Positions 1-9,692 of a DNA stretch of 64,000 nucleotides are shown here, in pieces. Source of the stretch: Obrimoposthia wandeli (Eukaryota); contig CDROCS010004085.1 of the NCBI GenBank assembly GCA_977020255.1, forward strand, positions 1 through 64,000, in the 5' to 3' direction. The translations under genes and the position numbers were made by a program. The number at the start of each line of letters is the position of its first letter. Position 1 is the stretch's first letter. The notes under the pieces were generated by a model. The model did no database searches. It saw only the letters and a program-made list of their open reading frames with translations, and was not told the origin of the DNA.

Positions 1-803
1 TTGATAAACGTTGCTCTGGCACTTGAGATCCCCAGTTTTTCAGCTTCACTCACTAACGTCATGGCATGATCAATATCGCCTTGCTCTACGCTATTCTGAA
101 TCGAATTAAGGTAGTAAGCACTTTTCGCTTCGATCTCAGGCACATAATCAATAGCAGGTTGAGTTGGGGGTCGATTCGTTAGACTCACAGCCGTTACGGT
201 TAAATGTAGTTGACCATACTCGCTGTGCACCGCAGTAAGATCTGGGATCATCGGTGGTTGCGTGCCTGTTCCTATAGCGAATGCTTTAGCGGGATGAATA
301 ACTGTTGTACTGCCTTTTAGATCTTCGGAAGTGGTATAGATCAAAACATTAACCTGATCTGTCCCGGTTTGCGGAATAATGGTAAATTGTTTCTGAACGC
401 GATCACCCTCTAAAAGCCTTGCAGGTATATAGTTGAATTTACTTGATTTTATGTGGTAAAGCACCCCCCCTTTGGAATTCGTGACCAATACATTTGGTAC
501 ATAAAGGGTTAATTCTTTACCAACATGGCTAGTCAGCACAATGTTTACGGGGCCTCTGTCTGCTGGAATAACAAAACTTGCGACCGGTCCTGTACTGTTA
601 TCGTTTAGCAGTACCTGGCTTTTCTCATTAAATTCAAAATTAATGTCTGTCGGCAGGCTCAGCGCCTGCCAGTTCAACTCTGCCATCGAAACGGTTTTAT
701 TGCTTGCAAGATTTTTGGCCTGAGTGCTAACGTCAGGCACCGACATACAGCCCGCAACAAATACGACCCATAGGTACAACGCTAAGTTTTTTGGCTTTAC
801 CAT
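1..803 (-). CDS. malM: Maltose operon periplasmic protein MalM (runs off the left edge of the window)
   Basis: Hand translation from ATG 803 (MVKPKNLALYLWVVFVAGCMSVP..., lipoprotein-like signal) gives an open frame heading to the window edge. It has MalM-like segments (GPVASFVIPADRG, IHPAKAFA, AYYLNSIQNSVEQGDIDHAMTLVSEAEKLG) and lies directly downstream of lamB. Confidence 0.85.
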   Translation of the reverse strand, partial: MVKPKNLALYLWVVFVAGCMSVPDVSTQAKNLASNKTVSMAELNWQALSLPTDINFEFNEKSQVLLNDNSTGPVASFVIPADRGPVNIVLTSHVGKELTLYVPNVLVTNSKGGVLYHIKSSKFNYIPARLLEGDRVQKQFTIIPQTGTDQVNVLIYTTSEDLKGSTTVIHPAKAFAIGTGTQPPMIPDLTAVHSEYGQLHLTVTAVSLTNRPPTQPAIDYVPEIEAKSAYYLNSIQNSVEQGDIDHAMTLVSEAEKLGISSARATFI

Positions 804-823
804 TCCCTTGAGCCTCATTATGT

Positions 824-2092
<1,269 letters not shown>

Positions 2093-2349
2093 TTATTGTG
2101 CTTTACTCTTTGTTTTTATTTTCTTCTTAAACAGCATAGCCGCCTGTGAGAGGCCTTCCATCACATCCATCGAGCAACCCGCTATTTATACTTTCTAAAC
2201 TTACAATTGAGACGGGGTTGTGAAAAAAAGGCAGTTAATGTGTCGAGCCTGAGGGCCATTATCGGGCTCGCTCAGTTTTGAATCATTAAACTATAGTTAT
2301 TAATGATATCAATAGGGATGTGTCAATAACCTTAAGGGAGTGACCAGAA

Positions 2350-3273
2350 ATGACCACAGCCTTTATTACCCACGGGGATTACCTGCTGCATGAAATGGGA
2401 TCGGATCATCCGGAATGTCCCGAACGGCTGGTGGCCATTACTCAATATCTGGCATCTTCAGCGCTGGGCAACCGATTAAAGTGGTTGGCTGCGCAGCTGG
2501 TGTCAGAGAAGCTGCTGGAGAAGGTGCATCCTGCTGAATACATTCGCTGGCTCGATAGCCTGCAACCGGAGAAAGGGCTGGCTTATGCCGATCCCGACAC
2601 GGCACTTAATCCTCATACCATGCATGCCGCCCGTTTGGCTGCAGGGGCAGTGACCATGGCGACAAAGATGGTACTTGGTGGCGAGATAAACAATGCATTC
2701 TGTGCAGTACGGCCGCCGGGGCACCATGCTGAAAGAAGCATGGCCATGGGGTTTTGTTTTTTTAACAATATTGCTCTAGGCGTAGAGCAGGCACTGAGCC
2801 ATAGCGATATAGAGCGGGTAGCCATACTTGATTTTGATGTGCACCACTGTAATGGCACGGTCGATATATTTAAGAATCGACCCGAGGTACTGGTGTGTTC
2901 GACTTTTCAGCACCCCTTTTTTCCCCACCGTCATTATGACATTCAGCGACCTAATATTATTAATTCACCGTTACCTGCGGGTACTACAGGCAGCGAGTTT
3001 CGCCGTGCAGTCGAACGGGACTGGTTGCCTGCCTTGCACAACCATCGGCCGCAAATGATATTTGTCTCTGCTGGTTTCGATGCCCACAAGGCTGATCCGC
3101 TGGGGCAACTTCTGCTCGATGAAAGTGACTACCGCTGGGTAACCAATCTTATCGTAGAGGCCGCGGCTTGTTTCGCTGGCCGCAGGATCGTCTCGGTACT
3201 GGAAGGAGGTTATGATTTGGAGGTTCTGGCTCATAGTGTTCATACCCACCTAGAAGGTTTGGCTAGCGGATAA
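2350..3273 (+). CDS. Histone deacetylase family protein (AcuC/APAH-like Zn deacetylase)
   Basis: Motifs HPECPERL, RPPGHHA, GFCFFNN, DFDVHHCNG, SAGFDAH and LEGGY. Confidence 0.93.
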   Translation: MTTAFITHGDYLLHEMGSDHPECPERLVAITQYLASSALGNRLKWLAAQLVSEKLLEKVHPAEYIRWLDSLQPEKGLAYADPDTALNPHTMHAARLAAGAVTMATKMVLGGEINNAFCAVRPPGHHAERSMAMGFCFFNNIALGVEQALSHSDIERVAILDFDVHHCNGTVDIFKNRPEVLVCSTFQHPFFPHRHYDIQRPNIINSPLPAGTTGSEFRRAVERDWLPALHNHRPQMIFVSAGFDAHKADPLGQLLLDESDYRWVTNLIVEAAACFAGRRIVSVLEGGYDLEVLAHSVHTHLEGLASG

Positions 3274-3292
3274 CATTTTTGTAAGAAGCAGA

Positions 3293-3316
3293 TATACCCA
3301 AGGTAAATTGGGTATA
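3293..3316. repeat. Collapsed ERIC/MITE-like palindrome TATACCCAA-GGTAAA-TTGGGTATA
   Basis: Perfect 9-bp inverted repeat. The ends match the element end at 7329-7348 and the palindrome at 55313-55346. It sits between convergent genes. Confidence 0.7.
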
Positions 3317-3353
3317 AACCCCGTAACGAATCGTTTGAATCCTAAGTGAATTA

Positions 3354-4145
3354 TTATTGATTTATGCCTAATCGCTGGCGATATTGTTCAGGTGTACAGT
3401 TGGCGTGTTTTTTAAAAAGAGTAATAAAGGGTGATGCTTGATGATAACCAAGCGTTAATGCTATTTCTTTTATGGATAACCCTTTTCGCAGTAAATGTAA
3501 GGAATAAACATACTTACGGCGTTGTCGCCATTCGGTAAAACTCATCCCGAGTTTATCCTGACAGTGTCTTGCCAAGGTGCGTTCTGTTGTATGAATTGTT
3601 TTAGCCCATTGTGCGAGTGTTTTATTATTCGTTGGATTCTTTTCGAGTTCGATCAAAATGGGTTTGAGTAATTTATCGTCACTGGTTGGTAGAAATTGTT
3701 GATGTTCTTTAGCATTGATTACCTGATCTAATAACACATGAACTAAACGATGATCTTCGGGGGTTTTAGGAACAGAGACACGGCGCTCACGCAGGCTATT
3801 AATTATCGCACTGACGATTGGGTCCACTTCTAATAGGCAGGCGTAGCTAGGTAATCGAATCGCAAGAGGCTGTATAATATTCATCGAGCAATAGTTCATG
3901 CTGCGACGCATATGGCTTTCATGCTCAATACCAGCTGGTACCCAAACGGCGTATTCTGAAGGTAATAAAAAATGTTTACCTTCAGCGTGTAGCTCTAATA
4001 TTCCGCCATTGATTAATTGCAGTTGTCCCCAAGAGTGTTTGTGCTTTTGCGTTGTTGTATTAGGCAAAAAAACTTCATGACCAAAAAAGATATCGCCAGG
4101 TGGATTATCATCATCAAACAGTGGTCGATACAGTTTAGACATCAA
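3354..4145 (-). CDS. AraC family transcriptional regulator (cupin + HTH)
   Basis: N-terminal cupin (HKHSWGQL, VWVPAGIEH) and C-terminal AraC HTH (TTERTLARH, GMSFTEWR, LGYHQASPFITLFKK). Confidence 0.94.
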   Translation of the reverse strand: MMSKLYRPLFDDDNPPGDIFFGHEVFLPNTTTQKHKHSWGQLQLINGGILELHAEGKHFLLPSEYAVWVPAGIEHESHMRRSMNYCSMNIIQPLAIRLPSYACLLEVDPIVSAIINSLRERRVSVPKTPEDHRLVHVLLDQVINAKEHQQFLPTSDDKLLKPILIELEKNPTNNKTLAQWAKTIHTTERTLARHCQDKLGMSFTEWRQRRKYVYSLHLLRKGLSIKEIALTLGYHQASPFITLFKKHANCTPEQYRQRLGINQ

Positions 4146-4201
4146 ACATCGCCTTATTAATAAATAGGTACATAGATTTCAATTATACAATTGCTTTTAA
4201 G

Positions 4202-4262
4202 TACCCTCAAGTTACTCTAGATGCTCAAGCCAGCTGAGAGAATTTTATTAGGCTTTGTAGCG
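4202..4262. repeat. Degenerate single end of an ERIC/MITE-like element
   Basis: TACCCTCAAGTTACTCTAGATGC...CAGCTGAGAGAATTT...GGCTTTGTAG resembles the reverse complement of the right end at 7290-7348 and the arm at 55313-55328. Confidence 0.45.
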
Positions 4263-4385
4263 CTAATTTATCGTAACTTAAATGGAGAGTGAGTGGGTAA
4301 TGGGAGTTTTTCACCGAGGTTGGCTGCTGAAATCAAGAATAAATGATATGATCTAACGAGTTTTAGTGTCGTGCTCGGAAAGGTA

Positions 4386-4667
4386 ATGAATTTTAATCGA
4401 ATCGTCTGTTTTGACCTCGAAATGTGTTGTTGGGATGATGGCCGGGATCCAAAAACCGGAACTCATTGATTTATGATTTAAGAGATGCGACGAACTCAAC
4501 ATTATGTAAAGCCTGAGCATGATGAAATCTCTGAGTTTTGTACCGAGTTAACCGGTATTAAACCACAGGTTATTCATAAAAATGGTAAGCCTTTAGCTGA
4601 AATATTACGTTCTATTGAGTCTAATTTGGTAAACACAAATTATGTAATATCGACGATCGTGGTTTAA
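4386..4667 (+). pseudogene. Truncated and frameshifted DEDDh 3'-5' exonuclease (KapD/ERI1-like)
   Basis: MNFNRIVCFDLEMCCWDDGRDPKTG (ExoI motif DxE) stops after ~28 codons. It resumes in another frame as HYVKPEHDEISEFCTELTGIKPQVIHKNGKPLAEIL, and the C-terminal half is absent. Confidence 0.8.
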
Positions 4668-4952
4668 GTATGCTGAGTGTGTGTATGAAGTCCCTTTTAC
4701 TGAATACTTAAACTTAGCGATGATTTTTCGGTTACAGCGTCACGTAAAAAAGAAGCGTTGTGAATATCAAAGGGATGGAAATCGCAGGTCTTGAGGGGGT
4801 GCGTAGGTATCCGTGTTATGTTTGATGCGGCTAACCTTTGAATGAACGCTTTTATATAAGGATACCTCAAAGAAAACATATGATCGTTTTAAAAAGGCCA
4901 GTTGGTAACAACCCCATACCAATTTACTCCCCAAAAAGTATTGATCAGGACA

Positions 4953-5408
4953 TTATGTAAAGCGTACGTTCATCGTGATTTCTGCTGAAAACACGATATT
5001 TCCTTCAGTATCAGTCACACTTACAGGTACTAATTTATCCCCGTCAGTATTCCAATCAATGTCTTTTCCATCGGCTACAGCAACTAAATCTGTTTTTGCT
5101 TTTTTAAGGTATTTAACAGACATGCCAGTTGGCAACCAGCGACTTTTAACAGGTACAGATACATCGGTCATCATGCCTGCAGCTAGCTCTGCCATATTAC
5201 ACATAGCAATAGCATGCACTGTTTTAATGTGATTTTGCACTTTTCGACGCTTCTTAATACTTACGCTTGAATAGCCAGGTTTTAGATCGGTGATCAAAGG
5301 TTTAATGGAAGAAAAATAAGGCGCTGTTCGGCAAACGATAAAAGTAAATAAGTGTTGTCCAAATGGCAGCTTGGTTATTCGACGATAAGTTTTAAGATTT
5401 TTACGCAT
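4953..5408 (-). CDS. Hotdog-fold thioesterase-like protein (DUF4442/PaaI-like)
   Basis: PYFSSIKP, NHIKTVHAIAMCNMAELAAG and KYLKKAKTD. Likely start is ATG 5408, preceded by AAGGA; the ORF-track extension to 5549 is probably non-coding. Confidence 0.85.
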   Translation of the reverse strand: MRKNLKTYRRITKLPFGQHLFTFIVCRTAPYFSSIKPLITDLKPGYSSVSIKKRRKVQNHIKTVHAIAMCNMAELAAGMMTDVSVPVKSRWLPTGMSVKYLKKAKTDLVAVADGKDIDWNTDGDKLVPVSVTDTEGNIVFSAEITMNVRFT

Positions 5409-5640
5409 AGAAAATTCCTTTTTCAAATAACACTCTGGTCTGACCACGCTACATTTTGTGCGGTCGAAAATCAACCATGTCTCACTATCATGCCTCACAG
5501 TTTTTACACTGTTTCTTACTAGGAAAGATTCAGCTGTCAAATGCAACATTTGCTTTTTTATCTATTTAATCAGTTGGTTATGTTGTTTTTGTTCATGGTG
5601 ATTCAATGAGTAAAATCATTTTATGCCACTGAAATAGTAA

Positions 5641-5671
5641 ATGTCTGACAATAGAGTCCATATGTCTGATT
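5641..5671 (+). promoter_or_regulatory. Putative AraC-family operator: ATGTCTGA direct repeats 21 bp apart
   Basis: ATGTCTGA occurs at 5641 and 5662, a spacing of two helical turns, upstream of the EamA gene. A related inverted half-site (TGTCAGA) lies at ~5697. Confidence 0.45.
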
Positions 5672-5763
5672 ACAGATATTTATATCTCTAGTGACGTGTC
5701 AGAATACACTTAAGAAAAATACGTAATCCCGATAAAAAACGAACTTATACAAAAAGGCAATCA

Positions 5764-6651
5764 ATGTTCTACCTACTTCCCTTATTAACCGTTTCTATCT
5801 GGGCAGGGAATGCCATAGTAAACAAACTTTCTATTAGCGTGATAGATCCCGGAGCGATCGCATTCTACCGATGGTTTTTTGCCATGCTGGTGCTGACCCC
5901 ATTTTTAGCCAAGTCTATTTGGCAGCATCGCAAAACAATTAAACCATACTTACCAAAATTAGCGTTTTTGTCGTTATTAGGCATGGTGTTAAACCAGTCT
6001 TTGGGCTATTTTGCCGCCGCGACAACAACAGCAACAAATATGGCATTAATCATATCGCTAGTGCCGTTGATCAGTATGTTTTTAAGTGTGCCATTACTGA
6101 ATAAACGTTTATCGCCGCTTGCCATTGTAGGGGCAATATTGTCGTTGGGTGGGCTTGTATTGATGCTAAGCCACGGTAATCTCAATCAATTAGCCGCGCA
6201 AGGGATCACCCAAGGTGATGGCTTATTGCTGATCGCCGCGTTTGTTTATGCCCTTTATTGTGTATTACTGAAACGTTGGCAGATGCCACTCACCAATTGG
6301 CAATCAGTGTATGTACAAGGTGTTCTTGCTGTCATCATGCTGTTTCCAATGTTCTTAAGCAGTGAACGCATGGCGATAACTGCAGAAGCATTTCCATTAG
6401 TGATGTATGCAGCAATGCTGGGTTCATTAATTGCCCCTTGGTGCTGGTTGTTAGGTATTCAACGTTTAGGGGCTGATCGTACTGCAATGTTCATGAACTT
6501 GATGCCAGTCATTACTGCGGTTATTGCAAGCGTAATCTTGAATGAGCAGTTAGAGTCTTACCATTACATTGGTGGGGTGATGGTATTAAGTGGCGTTGCG
6601 TTAGCCCAAAAGAAAGTCAAAGCTCGTCAACAAAAAATGGCGACTGCATAG
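5764..6651 (+). CDS. DMT/EamA family exporter
   Basis: About 10 hydrophobic helices in two EamA repeats (IWAGNAIVNKL, FYRW, GDGLLLIAAFVYALY, FMNLMPV). Confidence 0.94.
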   Translation: MFYLLPLLTVSIWAGNAIVNKLSISVIDPGAIAFYRWFFAMLVLTPFLAKSIWQHRKTIKPYLPKLAFLSLLGMVLNQSLGYFAAATTTATNMALIISLVPLISMFLSVPLLNKRLSPLAIVGAILSLGGLVLMLSHGNLNQLAAQGITQGDGLLLIAAFVYALYCVLLKRWQMPLTNWQSVYVQGVLAVIMLFPMFLSSERMAITAEAFPLVMYAAMLGSLIAPWCWLLGIQRLGADRTAMFMNLMPVITAVIASVILNEQLESYHYIGGVMVLSGVALAQKKVKARQQKMATA

Positions 6652-6687
6652 TTGTAAAGTGAACTAAAAATACGCGATAGTGAAAAT

Positions 6688-6738
6688 AAAGCGGTAATAA
6701 CGTGTTTTATCTAAACACCGTTATTACCGTTTTTTTTT
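6688..6738 (+). terminator. Rho-independent terminator after the EamA gene
   Basis: GCGGTAATAAC...GTTATTACCG stem followed by a run of 9 T. Confidence 0.75.
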
Positions 6739-6880
6739 GTTTATGCGATAAGAAAAGTAATAAAATAAATGGGTTATAAAGTTCAATGAAAAATGCAGAT
6801 TATTGTAAATATAATGTTGCATTTATGGTTTTTATAACCTGTTATGTTTAAACAACGAGATCATAACAAGTGAGTACATT

Positions 6881-7039
6881 ATGAAAGTTGTTGTTGAATT
6901 CCAAAAAAATGGTATCTATCGAGATCACTACTGGGAAGGGTACTTTCACTCTGTTAAAGGTCAGCTGCGTGAAGTAACACCGTCTTACGCGGCACAGTTA
7001 ATTACAGAGTCAAAAGCGACATTGTATGTGAAGGAGTGA
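6881..7039 (+). CDS. Small hypothetical protein (52 aa)
   Basis: MKVVVEFQKNGIYRDHYWEGYFHSVKGQLREVTPSYAAQLITESKATLYVKE. It is below the ORF-track cutoff, has GAG upstream of the ATG, and a terminator follows at 7131. Confidence 0.65.
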   Translation: MKVVVEFQKNGIYRDHYWEGYFHSVKGQLREVTPSYAAQLITESKATLYVKE

Positions 7040-7045
7040 TAAAAC

Positions 7046-7118
7046 TTATATCAATCTAGATAAGTACCTGATCATCCTAAGCAACTATCTGATCATTTAC
7101 TTATCCAGAATGGTATTA
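7046..7118. repeat. Internally deleted ERIC-like/MITE element (second repeat family)
   Basis: Imperfect terminal inverted repeats, 17 of 21 matching (TTATATCAATCTAGATAAGTA vs reverse complement TAATACCATTCTGGATAAGTA), plus internal CTGATCAT repeats. Confidence 0.55.
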
Positions 7119-7127
7119 TCAAGTATA

Positions 7128-7154
7128 GAAAGGCAAGCGAAAGCTTGCCTTTTT
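7128..7154 (+). terminator. Rho-independent terminator
   Basis: AGGCAAGC-GAAA-GCTTGCCT followed by TTTT; an A tract on the other side suggests it is bidirectional. Confidence 0.85.
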
Positions 7155-7348
7155 GATGCCCGTCATCCTTTTTCAAGCACATTTTGCGCGGAAGTGAATT
7201 TCCAGAGGAGCTCCCAAGGGGCGAGTTTCAGTGGCTTTTATACTGCGTTAGCCATACTTCAAATAGAACCACTATTCGCTCATATGGCTGCCTTGCCTAA
7301 AAGCCACTGAATTCTCTGAACATTGCATCTTGAAGTCGTTTGGGTATA
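7155..7348. mobile_element. ERIC-like miniature inverted-repeat element (~190 bp)
   Basis: Left end ATGCCCGTCATCCTT..TCAAG and right end GCATCTTGAAGTCGTTTGGGTATA resemble ERIC termini. There is an internal inverted repeat CAGTGGCTTTTA / TAAAAGCCACTG and no coding capacity. Confidence 0.65.
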
Positions 7349-7584
7349 GCGTACCAGGCCCTGATAACGATCATTTGATATGCAATAAACAGAAGATTCG
7401 GAGTCCACCGGAAATCCCCTAAAACTGTCACAATCTCTCAATTCAGCGTGTAGGAATAGGAATAATTTGCCAAAGGTATATTATGTGTCAGCATAATAAT
7501 AAACATACGCCGTACGGCACGCGAAAGGCAATTCATTCTGGGAAGATAATCCAGCGACAAAGCATGGCTGCATACTGAGAACCG

Positions 7585-8316
7585 ATGACTTACAAAATTT
7601 TGATTGTAGAAGACGACCCTATTATTAGGATGAAGATTAAGGGGCACTTCGCCCAGGCTGGTCACACTGTTTTCGAGGCTGATAACGGTGTTGGGATGAA
7701 AGAGATCCTTAACCGCGAGAAAATTGATTTGATCCTGCTGGATATTAACTTACCAGGAGAAGACGGCATACAGCTCACCCGTGACGTGAGGAACAGATCT
7801 GACATTGCTATCATCATGGTCACAGGCCGAACTGACCCCATCGACCGAATTTTAGGCCTTGAAATGGGCGCAGATGACTATGTAACCAAGCCTGTAGAAC
7901 CACGAGAGCTGCTGGTACGTGCAAAAAACTTGCTATGGCGTATCCAGCTTACCCGTGACGCTTTGGAACAGGCAGAGGCTGCTTGGTCGCAACTGGAAAA
8001 GGATGATAGTACATTCCGGTTCCTGAACTTTGAATTTGATGTTGCTCAGCGTCAGCTGTCAAAGGGTCACGATATGGTAAAGCTAACCAAAGCTGAATAT
8101 GAGTTGCTGGTCGCTTTCATCACGCACCCCAACCGGGTTTTAGGTCGAGACCGGCTTCTAAACCTGATCTCTCATCGAGTTGATACACCGAGCGATCGTA
8201 CCGTTGACGTTTTGATACGCCGGCTGAGAAACAAGATGGAAGAGTGCATCAAAAACCCCAAGATTTTTATCACCATACACGGTGAAGGTTACCTCTTTGC
8301 GCCAGAGGTCGCTTAG
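7585..8316 (+). CDS. torR: TorR-like OmpR-family response regulator
   Basis: Receiver motifs ([29 protein letters not shown]) and TorR/ArcA-type [14 protein letters not shown], followed by a winged helix ([19 protein letters not shown]). It may be a paralog rather than the true torR. Confidence 0.85.
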   Translation: MTYKILIVEDDPIIRMKIKGHFAQAGHTVFEADNGVGMKEILNREKIDLILLDINLPGEDGIQLTRDVRNRSDIAIIMVTGRTDPIDRILGLEMGADDYVTKPVEPRELLVRAKNLLWRIQLTRDALEQAEAAWSQLEKDDSTFRFLNFEFDVAQRQLSKGHDMVKLTKAEYELLVAFITHPNRVLGRDRLLNLISHRVDTPSDRTVDVLIRRLRNKMEECIKNPKIFITIHGEGYLFAPEVA

Positions 8317-9692
8317 CCCCGTGAATATAACAATAAGAGCCAAGCTTTCATTCATTATGTGCGCCTCATTGCTGACAATGAGTGGTTTTTTTATCACAAG
8401 CCTTATGAATACGGAACAATCTGTTCTTGCGACGGAACAAAGTAATGTGAGTGTTAAGGTTGCTAAGTTATTGAATGATAATTTAAAGGGCCAGGTTGAT
8501 ACCGTTACCCGCTCCCTTTCCTATTATTATGAGAATTCGAAGCTAGAAAATATCAAGGCAGAATTAGCGACTGATATCACTACGTTTAGAAATGCCATAG
8601 ACAATATTTATAACAACAGTGACTCTGCGGCCGATGCCGAAACCAGCATTCATGCTTTTATCAATGAATACCGCTGGGACAATGGCCGGTATATCTTTGC
8701 CTATGATGCCGCCTCAATAGTGAACAAGGCTAACGGAGCCAACGTCAGTATTATCGGCACCAGTGCTTATGACAAAAAAGACACCAATGGCAACTATTAC
8801 GCACGAAATATTGTCAGTGCAACCAAAGCCAATGCTATTGGGTTTACCAGTTATCACTTCTTAAACCCGGAAACCCAAAAAGTCGAAGAAAAACTGACGG
8901 CATCGTTTTATTTTGAACCGTTAAACATGGTTGTTGCGACGGGCGAATACATCAGTACATTAAGGCGAGATGAACTAGAGGCGGCTCTTAATACTATCAG
9001 TTCATCAAAATACGGCCAAAATGGCTACTTTTGGGTACAGGACAAGAGCGGCAAGATCCTGGCTCATCCCAAGGCCGACATTATCGGTACTGTCATTCCG
9101 TCAACAACATTCAGAATTGCCGACAGAATAAAAGGCCAATCCGAAGCCTTTGTTAAAATTGCTTACGAAAATCCGACCACCAAACAAACAGAGAACAAAA
9201 TTGCCTATGCCAGAAATATTTTTCCTGAATGGGGCTGGACGATTGCTACTGGCACTTATGAGAGCGACATCACTAGCATTCAAGATGGGCTGACTCGCGC
9301 TACGGCAGAAATTTTTAATGACAAAGTGTACATGAACATTGCTACTGCCGCTGTACTGCTGATTATTGCTCTGCTGGTCGCAACCTGGTCGATCAATAAG
9401 ATTGTTAGAGGCTTAGTGATCCTCAAAGAGCGCATTGATACTTTATCGACCGGCGAAGCCGACTTAACCTCACGGATTGATATCACGTCACATGATGAGT
9501 TGGGCGATATTGGCAAGTCGGTAAACAACTTCATTATTTATCTGCAATCCATGACTCTGGAAATTTCGCAAGCCTCTGCTCATATCACTGACGGTATCAA
9601 GCACGCCTCCGAGACGACCGCAAACACTCAAAAAGCCAGTGACCAAGCACTGTTGTTAAAATATGATGTGGCTGAGGCTCCTGGCAGTATGA
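8313..9692 (+). repeat. Diverged direct duplicate of 12559-14055 (MCP 5' half)
   Basis: Shared sequence starts at TTAGCCCC(G/A)TGAAT and ends at CTGGCAGTATGA. Many identical codon runs occur in between, and this copy has two in-frame deletions (45 and 72 nt). Confidence 0.95.

Noticed and set aside
4697-4879. 60-aa minus-strand ORF
   Set aside because: No recognisable features, and it lies in a decaying intergenic tract.
5409-5549. 47-codon upstream extension of the hotdog ORF
   Set aside because: There is a good RBS before ATG 5408 and the extension has no family-like sequence.
8282-8320. ORF-track N-terminal extension of the hybrid kinase ([13 protein letters not shown])
   Set aside because: It overlaps the regulator's 3' end, and GTG 8321 aligns exactly with the MCP start codon.
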